Source: Elusimicrobiota bacterium
GTDB lineage: Bacteria; Elusimicrobiota; Elusimicrobia; FEN-1173
Direction: 5' to 3'
Assembly: GCA_016207625.1 (NCBI GenBank)
Contig: JACQPF010000242.1
Location: 1-14,120 of the forward strand
DNA: 14,120 nucleotides
Below the pieces are notes generated by a model. The model was given only the letters and a program-made list of their open reading frames with translations, searched no databases and was not told the DNA's origin. The position numbers and the translations under genes are program-made. This document shows, in pieces, positions 1 through 7,027 of the stretch; position 1 is the stretch's first letter; the number at the start of each line of letters is the position of its first letter.

Positions 1-117
1 GATGTATTATTCGGAGCCGGAGAAATTGCGGAGCGTTTCACCGGACAGGTACAATTTCATGAGGGATCGTATTTTTCTAAAAGAAGAATATGGTGTTTTG
101 GATAAATTGAGAGTAAA

Positions 118-600
118 ATGGCAGACATACATCCAATGAATAAAACGAAAGTTGTGATCGTATCAGGTGCGGTGGTTCTCCTCGGAATCCTGGGCTTTGT
201 TCTGATGAAGTCCTTCACCAAGGTGCCCAATGAACGGCAGGCATCCCAGGAGCTCTCCGGCGCACTTACGCAGGAAACGGAGCAAGATATGAAGAAACCC
301 ACCCTGGGTGATCAAATGAAATCCTCGAAGGAAGAAGTCTTCAGTGGAGAGGTTGTTATTGGATTCCGAAAAGGAGTCTCTCCAGCGGATGCTGTAGCGG
401 TCTTGTCGAAATTCGGTTTGAAGTTTGCAAAGACGAACAACGTTAATATGGGCAAAGTTTTTTTTAACGAGACCGGAGAGCGGTTCATCGTAAAAGTCCC
501 CGAGGGCCAAGAGGGGAAATGGATCGAGAGTTTGTCAAAGGAAAATGGTGTATACGGTGCTGGCCCGCATTACAATCCCGCGGTTATCCATATCGATTGA
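118..600 (+). CDS. hypothetical protein with N-terminal transmembrane anchor (160 aa)
   Basis: ORF MADIHPMNKTKVVIVSGAVVLLGILGFVLMKSF... has one hydrophobic helix near the N-terminus followed by a soluble domain. No family recognised by eye. GC looks clearly lower (around 47-48% by eye) than the rest of the window. The start could also be Met7 at 136, and the SD upstream of 118 is weak (GAGAG). Confidence 0.5.
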   Translation: MADIHPMNKTKVVIVSGAVVLLGILGFVLMKSFTKVPNERQASQELSGALTQETEQDMKKPTLGDQMKSSKEEVFSGEVVIGFRKGVSPADAVAVLSKFGLKFAKTNNVNMGKVFFNETGERFIVKVPEGQEGKWIESLSKENGVYGAGPHYNPAVIHID

Positions 601-684
601 ACTTTTTTAATAACCTTCTGGATGAAATGTTCGATCCGAAATATGCAGTGGAAATAACGACGAGGACACAGCCGGGAAGAAATC

Positions 685-1164
685 ATGGCGGAGAATAACA
701 AGCTTTCCATCATCTGCATGAGCGGGGATTTTGATAAAGCCATTGCGGCTTTCACACTGGCTTCGGGGGCGGCGGCCGTCAATTATGAGGTCAACATTTT
801 CTTCACTTTTTGGGGGTTGAACAACATCAAGAAGAAGAAAGGGCGGAGCTTCATCGGCAATGGGCTTCTGGCCCGCGCCTTCAATTTCCTTTTGGGCGGA
901 AGAAACAACCTCCCTTTGAGCCGGCTGAATTTCGCCGGGGCGAGCCCGAGGCTCATGACGGGTCTGATGAAAAAGCGCAACGTGGCGACGCTGCAGGAGC
1001 TTTTTCAGGCGTCATTGGAACTGGGCGTGAACTTTTACGCTTGCGAAATGGCCATGCACATCCTTGGGCTGACGAAGGACGATTTCATTCCGGAAGTGAA
1101 AGGCGTCCTCGGGGTGGTGAAATTTCTAGAATTGTCCAAAGGAGGGCAGACGTTGTTCCTATGA
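685..1164 (+). CDS. DsrE/DsrF-like (YchN/COG2210-type) sulfur-relay family protein
   Basis: 159-aa product with the Cys-containing segments SIICMSGDFDKA and NFYACEMAMHILGL. Its stop overlaps the downstream TusA-like start by 4 bp (ATGA at 1161-1164). The DsrE-like plus TusA pairing is a known genomic association. Confidence 0.65.
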   Translation: MAENNKLSIICMSGDFDKAIAAFTLASGAAAVNYEVNIFFTFWGLNNIKKKKGRSFIGNGLLARAFNFLLGGRNNLPLSRLNFAGASPRLMTGLMKKRNVATLQELFQASLELGVNFYACEMAMHILGLTKDDFIPEVKGVLGVVKFLELSKGGQTLFL

Positions 1165-1400
1165 GCACGTTCCGCTTAGACATCACCAAAGAACATTGCC
1201 CCATGACGTTCGTGAAGACAAAGCTGCAACTGGCGAAGATGCGGCCGGGCGACGTTTTGGAGGTGTTGCTCACCGAGGGGGAGCCGCTTGAGAACCTGCC
1301 GAAGGCGGTCGTGGAGCAGGGACATCGGGTGGTGGAACTCACGCGCGTGAAAGATTCGGTCCACAAGCTCACTCTGATTAAAAATGCCTTGAACTCCTAA
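1161..1400 (+). CDS. tusA: TusA-like sulfur-carrier / sulfurtransferase (SirA/YedF/YeeD family)
   Basis: 79-aa product MSTFRLDITKEHCPMTFVKTKLQLAKMRPGDVLEVL..., with the Cys in a CPxx motif near the N-terminus and the size typical of TusA. It is translationally coupled to the upstream DsrE-like gene. The six-frame track lists a longer ORF 810-1400 in the same frame, but that N-terminal extension runs through the DsrE gene and is rejected. AAGGAGGG lies at 1139-1146. Confidence 0.75.
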   Translation: MSTFRLDITKEHCPMTFVKTKLQLAKMRPGDVLEVLLTEGEPLENLPKAVVEQGHRVVELTRVKDSVHKLTLIKNALNS

Positions 1401-1417
1401 ATTACAAAGATTATACT
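1389..1417 (+). promoter_or_regulatory. candidate sigma70-type promoter for the response-regulator gene (-35 TTGAAC, 17-bp spacer, -10 TATACT)
   Basis: TTGAAC at 1389-1394 and TATACT at 1412-1417 with a 17-nt spacer, lying in the last codons and 3' flank of tusA, about 40 bp upstream of the ATG at 1455. Called by pattern only. Confidence 0.3.
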
Positions 1418-1454
1418 CCTCTTGTAGGACATCCTTTAATGCTGGGAGGAGCGT

Positions 1455-1811
1455 ATGGCGCGGATTCTTGTGGCGGATGATGAGGAGACCGTTCTGAGTT
1501 TGATCCGCCGGGTGTTGGAGGGTGCGGGCCACCAGGTGGTGACCGCCGCCGACGGAAACGAAGCGCTCAAGCTGGCGCTTTCGAAGACTTTTGACTTCTA
1601 CATCATCGATGTGAAGATGCCGCTTTTGGATGGTTTCAGCTTGGCCCGCGCCATCACCAAGCGTTTTCCGGCGCGGAAGGTCGTGCTCATCACGGCGCTT
1701 GACCGTCCGAAATACGAGATATTAGGGAACATCAGCGGGGCCGCCGCCATCATCGCAAAACCGTTCGATGGGCCCCAGTTCATGAGCCAAATCGCGCCGT
1801 TCCTGCCATAG
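1455..1811 (+). CDS. single-domain response regulator (CheY-like receiver domain only)
   Basis: 118 aa. MARILVADDEETV carries the acidic pocket, FDFYIIDVKMPLLDG the phospho-acceptor Asp, and IIAKPF the conserved Lys. There is no output domain. The SD GGAGG at 1445-1449 sits 5 nt before the ATG. No histidine kinase is present in the window. Confidence 0.8.
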   Translation: MARILVADDEETVLSLIRRVLEGAGHQVVTAADGNEALKLALSKTFDFYIIDVKMPLLDGFSLARAITKRFPARKVVLITALDRPKYEILGNISGAAAIIAKPFDGPQFMSQIAPFLP

Positions 1812-1874
1812 CCCGCTTTCAACAGCCCACCGCTTTTGAGGTGCAGCAGATAAAGTGTTTTTGGGGAGCTTATT

Positions 1875-1881
1875 AAGGAGG
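1875..1881 (+). promoter_or_regulatory. Shine-Dalgarno AAGGAGG for the NfeD-like gene
   Basis: AAGGAGG at 1875-1881, 5 nt upstream of the ATG at 1887. Confidence 0.6.
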
Positions 1882-1886
1882 GCTGC

Positions 1887-2480
1887 ATGAGTGTTTTTCA
1901 AAACATCACCGGAACGGAAACGGTTTTTTGGGTCTTCGCGTTTGTCGGTACGCTGTTCTTTCTGTTGAGAGTCGCGGCCATGGTTGTGGGGGGCTTTGGC
2001 GAGGACGTGCATGCCGATGCCGGAGGCGCCGAAGCGGGGCATTCCTCCTCCTTGGAAGCCTCCAATGCCGCTTTCAAGCTTCTCTCCATCAATTCCCTCA
2101 CCGGTTTTTTTATGATGTTCGGCTGGGCGGGCCTTTCCGCATACAAGCAGTTCCACTTGGGGCCCATCGCGTCCTTTTTGGCCGCCTTCGGCGCTGGCCT
2201 GGGGGCCATGGTGGCCACCGCCTATCTCTTCAAGATCTTCGTGCGCTTGAACAGCCCGGGTGATGTGTACAGCGTCAACCTCGCCTTGGGGATGAACGCC
2301 ACGGTTTACCAGCGCATACCGGCCAACGGGCGGGGGCGCATCCAGGTGATCGTGGGCGGGGTGACCCGCTATATTGATGCGGTTTCGGAAGAGCCGGGGG
2401 AAATTGCTTCCTTCGTCGATGTGAGTGTGGTCCGCGTGGTGGACCCCCGGACCGTCGCGGTTCGGGAAGCTAAAAAATAA
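1887..2480 (+). CDS. NfeD-like membrane protein (YuaF-like short NfeD, partner of flotillin/SPFH proteins)
   Basis: 197 aa. Three hydrophobic helices (VFWVFAFVGTLFFLL, SLTGFFMMFGWAGL, IASFLAAFGAGLGAMVATAYLF) are followed by a beta-rich C-terminal segment GRGRIQVIVGGVTRYIDAVSEEPGEIASFVDVSVVRVVD typical of the NfeD OB-fold. It lies 5 bp upstream of a flotillin gene, which is the conserved nfeD-floT arrangement. Confidence 0.65.
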   Translation: MSVFQNITGTETVFWVFAFVGTLFFLLRVAAMVVGGFGEDVHADAGGAEAGHSSSLEASNAAFKLLSINSLTGFFMMFGWAGLSAYKQFHLGPIASFLAAFGAGLGAMVATAYLFKIFVRLNSPGDVYSVNLALGMNATVYQRIPANGRGRIQVIVGGVTRYIDAVSEEPGEIASFVDVSVVRVVDPRTVAVREAKK

Positions 2481-2485
2481 CAGTC

Positions 2486-3853
2486 ATGGAGAACTCAATG
2501 AGCCTGCTTCAAGCGTTGAACATTAATTTCGCCGTCGTCGGACTCGGTCTTTTCACGGTCTTCATTTTCGTCCTCATCATCTTCCTGGCCAGCCGGTATA
2601 AGCGCTGTTCTTCCAACCAGGTCCTGGCGGTGTACGGAAAGGTCGCCACCGGGGCGGTGAAGTGCTATCACGGCGGCGGGACCATCGTCTGGCCCCTCAT
2701 CCAGGACTACCACTACATGGACCTCACGCCGATGACCATCAACATCCCCCTGAAGAACGCCCTGTCCATGCAGAACATCCGCATCAACGTGCCCAGCACC
2801 TTCACCATCGCCATCGACGTCTCGCCCGAGGCCATGAACAACGCGGCCGTCCGCATCTTGGGCCTGCCGAGGGAAAACATCGAGTCCATGGCGACCGAGA
2901 TCATCTTCGGCCAACTGCGCTTGACCGTGGCGTCTTTGACCATCGAGCAGATCAACCAGGACCGCGAGCGGTTCTTGGAGGCCATCCGGAAGAACATCGA
3001 CGCGGAGCTCCAGAAGATCGGGCTGACGCTCATCAACGTGAACATCACGGACATCACGGACGAATCGGGCTACATCGACAGCATCGGCAAAAAGGCCGCC
3101 TCGACCGCCGTCAACCAGGCCCGCGTGGACGTGGCCGAGCAGGAAAAGAGCGGCGCCATCGGCGAGGCGGGGGCGCAGAAAGAGAAGCGCATCCAGGTGG
3201 CCCAGTTCAACGCGCAGGCGGTGGAAGGCGAAAACACCTCCAAGGCGAAGATCGCCAGCTACAACGCCGATTTGGCCGAGAAAGAAGCGAACGCCGGCCA
3301 ACGGGCCGAGGTGGCTCGGCAGGTGGCCCAGGCGGAGATCCAAAAGGCGAAGGCTTTGGCCGAAACCCGCCGGCTGGAAGCGGATGAGGTGGTGCCCAAG
3401 GAGATCGGGAAGCGGAAGATCGAGATCGACGCGGAAGCCGAGGCCGAGAAACGGCGCCGCATGGCCCGCGGCGAGGCCGACGCCATCATCTCCGTGAAAA
3501 CCGCCGAGGCAGAGGGCGTGCAGAAAGTGTTGAACGCCAAGGCCGCGGGATACAAGGCTTTGGTGACGTCGGCGCAGAACAACGCCCGGGACGCCGCCAC
3601 GCTCCTCCTGGTGGAAAAGCTGGAGGAGATCGTGCGGATGCAGACGGAAGTGATCAAGAACATCAAGATCGATAAGATCACGGTGTGGGATTCCGGCAGC
3701 GGCGACAAGGGCTCCACCACCGCCAACTTCATGAGCCACCTGGTGAAAACCCTCCCTCCTCTTCATGACGTGGCGCAAATGGCCGGCATCAATCTCCCGG
3801 AGTATTTGGGCAGCGTGAAGGAGAGCGAGCCGCCGAAGGAACCCAAGAAATAG
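2486..3853 (+). CDS. floT: flotillin-like SPFH/Band-7 protein (FloT/YuaG type)
   Basis: 455 aa. N-terminal hydrophobic hairpin (FAVVGLGLFTVFIFVLIIFLASRYKR), then an SPFH domain (NQVLAVYGKVATG...IVWPLIQDYHYMDLTPMTINIP...). A long E/A/K/Q-rich coiled-coil follows (AEQEKSGAIGEAGAQKEKRIQVAQ...EIDAEAEAEKRRRMARGEADA), then the flotillin C-terminal region. An alternative start at 2498 (MSLLQ...) has a better SD (GGAG at 2488-2491). Confidence 0.85.
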   Translation: MENSMSLLQALNINFAVVGLGLFTVFIFVLIIFLASRYKRCSSNQVLAVYGKVATGAVKCYHGGGTIVWPLIQDYHYMDLTPMTINIPLKNALSMQNIRINVPSTFTIAIDVSPEAMNNAAVRILGLPRENIESMATEIIFGQLRLTVASLTIEQINQDRERFLEAIRKNIDAELQKIGLTLINVNITDITDESGYIDSIGKKAASTAVNQARVDVAEQEKSGAIGEAGAQKEKRIQVAQFNAQAVEGENTSKAKIASYNADLAEKEANAGQRAEVARQVAQAEIQKAKALAETRRLEADEVVPKEIGKRKIEIDAEAEAEKRRRMARGEADAIISVKTAEAEGVQKVLNAKAAGYKALVTSAQNNARDAATLLLVEKLEEIVRMQTEVIKNIKIDKITVWDSGSGDKGSTTANFMSHLVKTLPPLHDVAQMAGINLPEYLGSVKESEPPKEPKK

Positions 3854-3860
3854 GGAAAGC

Positions 3861-4979
3861 TCAGTAAAAAGCGATGCCGGTCATCACGGTGATTTCTTGT
3901 CCCGGGCGGCTGTTGGGGCGAAGGGCTCTTGGGGCGAAACCATAAAGAATTTTTACGGGGATCCCTTTATACGTGGAAAGACGCAGGCCCAGGCCTAAGC
4001 CGGGCCAACCGGCGGAAGAAAAGGAATTGAAGACGCCGTAGTCGGCGAAGGCCATAAGGCGGAGACGGGAACTGGGTTGAATACGGTAAGCGGCGTGGGC
4101 CATCCAAAGCTTTTTGGGGCGGAACTCACGGAAATAATGGCCCCGCAACGGGCGGAGCGTGGAGCTTTCCAGAGAGCCGCCCGTTGAAAAGCCATTCAAC
4201 GATTCCAGGTGATGTCCTCCCAGCATTTCAACACCGATTTGAATGTTTTGTCCGCCGGTGGGAGAGATCCCTCCTTGTATTTGGGTCCCTAAATGAGAAA
4301 AATCCCTGTGGCCGGGCGTGCCTTCCATTCGGCCCGGGAGACCCCATGGAGACCAGCGGTCTCGATGGGCGCCTCTCAGCCAAGCTTCAGCGATGAACCC
4401 GGTGAATTGATCGCCCATGTCGGAAGTGCGGCCACGGTCGAGGCGCCCCCTCAGCTCCAGGAAGATCTCCCATCGTTCCGATGGTAAACGAAAGCTGGGA
4501 GAGGTTGTGTCCAGCCGGCGGTTGACGGTGCCGGCGAGGCCCAGCGCGGTCTCAAGGCGTGTCCCCCGTTCGTTTGACCAGCCCAGTCCGATGCGCGGCG
4601 CCAAAGAGGAAGAGTGGAATTCGACCTCTTTCATCCGGCGCCCTTGCTCGTACCAGTAAACGGAATCATCCGCGAGGAAGAGGTTCAGGTTTAATCCGGC
4701 GGTGCGGTAAAAGCCGTTGCCGGCGGGAAAAGACCATTTGAAATCCAGCTTGTTCCCTTGCCAGTCGCCTTGAAAAGTCCCGCGAGGCGAGGGGACGGGC
4801 TTGAAAAGAACAATGGGGGATAGAACGGTCCTGCCGTTTCCGCCGTCGATGGGTTTATGAGCGACGACGGAAAGGATCCAGCGGACGGTGGGAGGGTTTT
4901 CGGCGCTTCTTGCATACGGGATGGACATGAACGAAACAGCGGCAAGAAGAGCGAATATTTTCTCTCCGATAGGTTTCAT
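3861..4979 (-). CDS. secreted outer-membrane beta-barrel protein, Omp85/D15 (Bac_surface_Ag)-like C-terminal barrel without recognisable POTRA domains
   Basis: Start chosen at the internal ATG (4977-4979), which gives the signal peptide MKPIGEKIFALLAAVSFMSIPYA|RSAENP. The 69-aa upstream extension to 5186 in the ORF track is rejected. The C-terminal region GLGLGLRLSTYKGIPVKILYGFAP resembles the BamA/Omp85 C-terminal motif ([21 protein letters not shown]). The protein ends with the alternating strand ITVMTGIAFY and an aromatic residue. 372 aa. Confidence 0.5.
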   Translation of the reverse strand: MKPIGEKIFALLAAVSFMSIPYARSAENPPTVRWILSVVAHKPIDGGNGRTVLSPIVLFKPVPSPRGTFQGDWQGNKLDFKWSFPAGNGFYRTAGLNLNLFLADDSVYWYEQGRRMKEVEFHSSSLAPRIGLGWSNERGTRLETALGLAGTVNRRLDTTSPSFRLPSERWEIFLELRGRLDRGRTSDMGDQFTGFIAEAWLRGAHRDRWSPWGLPGRMEGTPGHRDFSHLGTQIQGGISPTGGQNIQIGVEMLGGHHLESLNGFSTGGSLESSTLRPLRGHYFREFRPKKLWMAHAAYRIQPSSRLRLMAFADYGVFNSFSSAGWPGLGLGLRLSTYKGIPVKILYGFAPRALRPNSRPGQEITVMTGIAFY

Positions 4980-5027
4980 GGCGTTTATATAGAAATCGTA
5001 CAAAAAATACACGGACAGGGGCGTTTC

Positions 5028-5990
5028 ATGAGGAAAAAGAGGGTCTCTTTGGTTTGGGTTTGGCTGATGTGCGCCTTGCCTGCGGCGTGTTGGGGCCGGG
5101 CGAAGGATTTGAGCGGTATCCTCGCCGATGGGACTTGGCTTTTCAACCTGGAAGACAACGACGTGATGCGGGCTCGGCACAAACATGCCGAGGGCTCCGT
5201 GGGCCGCGGCCTGGTCTCTCCGGACGGGGCCAGGGTGTTGTTCGCGGTGAGCTTGGGTTCGGGAACTGCGAAGAGGACCGATTTGCGCGTGATCGACCGC
5301 GAGCGGCGCAATGAAAAGGTGTTGATGGCTCGAGAGGACGCGGAATACGCTTTTGATTGGAGCCCGGACAGCCGGTTCGTGGCGGCGGTCGGCTCAGGCC
5401 ATCCACACGAAATCGCTATTGTTTCGCCGGCCTCGATGGAATATTGGGCGGTGGAACCCCGGAATGAAAAGATGAAACGCGTGGACGCGGTGCGTTGGCG
5501 AAGAGATGGAAGAGGCGTGTTGCTGAAAGGCGCGGACGCTTCAGGCAAGGACGGGTTTTATGCGGTGGATTTCGGCATGAAAGAGATACGTCTCCTGTGC
5601 GAGCCGCCGGAAAACGAAGAGGCCGTCCTCTCGCCTGATGAGAAGCAGGTGTTGTACCTCCCCAAGCATGAAAGGAACATGTACGTCATGGACGTGGAAA
5701 CCAATGCCACCCGCCGGTTGTGGAAGACCGGGTTCGAAGAGCGGTTCGTGATGTGGTCCCCCGATATGAAATGGGTCTACTACCAGGTGGATGAAATGCC
5801 GCCGGACCGCCAATGGGCGTATTTCGCGAGGAACCTTTCGACGGGGAAGAGGGTGAAATTGCAGATCCTCCACTTCTCCACGGGACTGACGTGGTGGCAG
5901 CCGCCGGCCAAACCGCCCGTGGAATGCGAGGCCATCGTGAGGGAAACGCTCGGCCCCGGGCGGACTCTGGAAAACGGGCAACCTCATTGA
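5028..5990 (+). CDS. secreted PD40/TolB-like beta-propeller repeat protein
   Basis: Start at the internal ATG 5028 (AGGGG 8-9 nt upstream), giving the signal peptide MRKKRVSLVWVWLMCALPAACWG. The upstream extension to 4857 is rejected. There are four or more PD40-type repeats: VSPDGARVLFAV, WSPDSRFVAAV, LSPDEKQVLYL, WSPDMKWVYY. 320 aa. Confidence 0.7.
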   Translation: MRKKRVSLVWVWLMCALPAACWGRAKDLSGILADGTWLFNLEDNDVMRARHKHAEGSVGRGLVSPDGARVLFAVSLGSGTAKRTDLRVIDRERRNEKVLMAREDAEYAFDWSPDSRFVAAVGSGHPHEIAIVSPASMEYWAVEPRNEKMKRVDAVRWRRDGRGVLLKGADASGKDGFYAVDFGMKEIRLLCEPPENEEAVLSPDEKQVLYLPKHERNMYVMDVETNATRRLWKTGFEERFVMWSPDMKWVYYQVDEMPPDRQWAYFARNLSTGKRVKLQILHFSTGLTWWQPPAKPPVECEAIVRETLGPGRTLENGQPH

Positions 5991-6022
5991 AGAATCCCTT
6001 TTTACCCGATAGACTTAACCTG

Positions 6023-6472
6023 ATGAACAAGCGGAAGCGTTCCATTGAGTGGGAGGACTGCCGTGGGCTGACGATGACCGAACTGGTTATCGTGGTGGCC
6101 ATGATCGCGATCCTTTCGATGATCGCGTTGCCGAGGTTCGCCAACCTGATCCGGAAAGCGAATGAACGGACATCGGTCGCGAAGTTGAGATCGCTCCGGG
6201 TGGCATTGACGATTTATTACTCCGACAACGAACAGCAATACCCGTCCGACTTGTCTGTCTTCATGACGCCCGGGAGCGCATACATGAAAACCGTCGGACC
6301 GTTCTATACCGTGGAGCACGGGAACCTCAGCGAAATCGATTACGTGGCGGCCGTGGATCCGAACGCCGACACGGGAAGGCTGGGATATGTGACCACGGGG
6401 CCCGACATGGGTACGGCGTGGATCGAGTGCACGCACACGAATTTGGAAAACCGCGTGTGGAGCGAATACTAA
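6023..6472 (+). CDS. prepilin-type N-terminal cleavage/methylation domain protein (type IV pilin / pseudopilin-like)
   Basis: Start at ATG 6023, 32 bp after the upstream stop. The leader MNKRKRSIEWEDCRG is followed by LTMTELVIVVAMIAILSMIALPRF. That is Gly at -1 and Glu at +5 followed by a hydrophobic helix, the class III signal peptide pattern. Only one Cys (IECTHT) lies in the mature C-terminal region. 149 aa. No pilus ATPase, platform protein or secretin is present in the window. Confidence 0.6.
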   Translation: MNKRKRSIEWEDCRGLTMTELVIVVAMIAILSMIALPRFANLIRKANERTSVAKLRSLRVALTIYYSDNEQQYPSDLSVFMTPGSAYMKTVGPFYTVEHGNLSEIDYVAAVDPNADTGRLGYVTTGPDMGTAWIECTHTNLENRVWSEY

Positions 6473-6476
6473 GGAG
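6471..6476 (+). promoter_or_regulatory. Shine-Dalgarno AAGGAG for the membrane-protein gene, overlapping the pilin-like stop codon
   Basis: AAGGAG at 6471-6476, 5 nt before the ATG at 6482. The pilin-like gene's TAA is at 6470-6472. Confidence 0.6.
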
Positions 6477-6481
6477 AGCGT

Positions 6482-6997
6482 ATGAACCAACCCGATGTGC
6501 CGCAAGATGTGAGACGAGTGGTTTTGGTGAGCCGTTATTCCACCCCTTTGGCGATCCTCTTGGTGGTCATCGGCGTTGTGGCGTCCCAGCCGGTGGGGCA
6601 CGTGAAAGCCGCTAGCCTCGGCCTGTTGGCGTTCAGCGTCCTCTTCAACATCCTTTACGTGCGCGTGGTGAAGAACCTTTCGACGGTGAAGCCCTGGATG
6701 AGCCTGGTGCGCAGGTTGGTGAACCTCGGGGTCAACGTGGCCTTGGTGTACCTGCTGGGCGCGTATTGGCCGATCCTTTGGTTCCTGCTGGCCCTCACGC
6801 CCATCGCCACGGCCATTTATGACACGCGGGGAAAAACGGTCCTTGTCGCCGTGGGCGTTTCCATCATCCTTTTTCTGATCCAGGCGTCAAAGGAGATCAG
6901 CACCGTCATCGATTGGGGGCAGCAAGCCGCGGCCTCCGCCTGCATCATTTTTTTAAGCCTCATGATCAACGATTTGGTGGACTCCCGCCGCGGTTGA
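6482..6997 (+). CDS. hypothetical polytopic inner-membrane protein (4-5 predicted TM helices)
   Basis: 171 aa with hydrophobic segments LAILLVVIGVVAS, LGLLAFSVLFNILYV, LVNLGVNVALVYLLGAYWPILWFLLALTPIATAIY, VLVAVGVSIILFLI and ASACIIFLSLMI. It has a strong SD and sits 9 bp after the upstream gene. Confidence 0.55.
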   Translation: MNQPDVPQDVRRVVLVSRYSTPLAILLVVIGVVASQPVGHVKAASLGLLAFSVLFNILYVRVVKNLSTVKPWMSLVRRLVNLGVNVALVYLLGAYWPILWFLLALTPIATAIYDTRGKTVLVAVGVSIILFLIQASKEISTVIDWGQQAAASACIIFLSLMINDLVDSRRG

Positions 6998-7027
6998 AAA
7001 CGCGTCTTTCTCGACGTAAACTTATGT

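Noticed and set aside
1-105. Open frame DVLFGAGEIAERFTGQVQFHEGSYFSKRRIWCFG* ending at 103-105
   Set aside because: It could be the 3' end of an upstream gene, but 34 residues with no recognisable motif cannot be supported.
57-302. 81-aa minus-strand ORF overlapping the first gene
   Set aside because: It is antisense to a better-supported + strand ORF and has no SD or recognisable motif.
810-1160. N-terminal 117-aa extension of the TusA-frame ORF (810-1400)
   Set aside because: It overlaps the DsrE-like gene in another frame and translates to an Arg/Gly/Glu-rich product. The ATG at 1161 follows an SD and gives a canonical 79-aa TusA.
1812-1886. Possible terminator after the response-regulator gene
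   Set aside because: No convincing GC-rich inverted repeat followed by a T-tract. The TTTTTGGGG run has no upstream stem.
2495-3778. 427-aa ORF antisense to the whole flotillin gene (plus 2662-3387 and 3259-3732 overlapping ORFs)
   Set aside because: Arg/Gly/His/Leu-rich low-complexity translation with no start context. Long stop-free antisense frames are expected in 65% GC coding DNA, and the sense-strand flotillin call is unambiguous.
4980-5186. 69-aa upstream extension of the minus-strand OMP ORF, and the 4857-5027 extension of the beta-propeller ORF
   Set aside because: Each would run across the divergent intergenic region into the opposite gene. The internal ATGs generate clean signal peptides and, for 5028, an SD.
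5813-6022. 70-aa upstream extension of the prepilin-like ORF
   Set aside because: It overlaps the 3' end of the beta-propeller gene. The ATG at 6023 places the class-III leader correctly.
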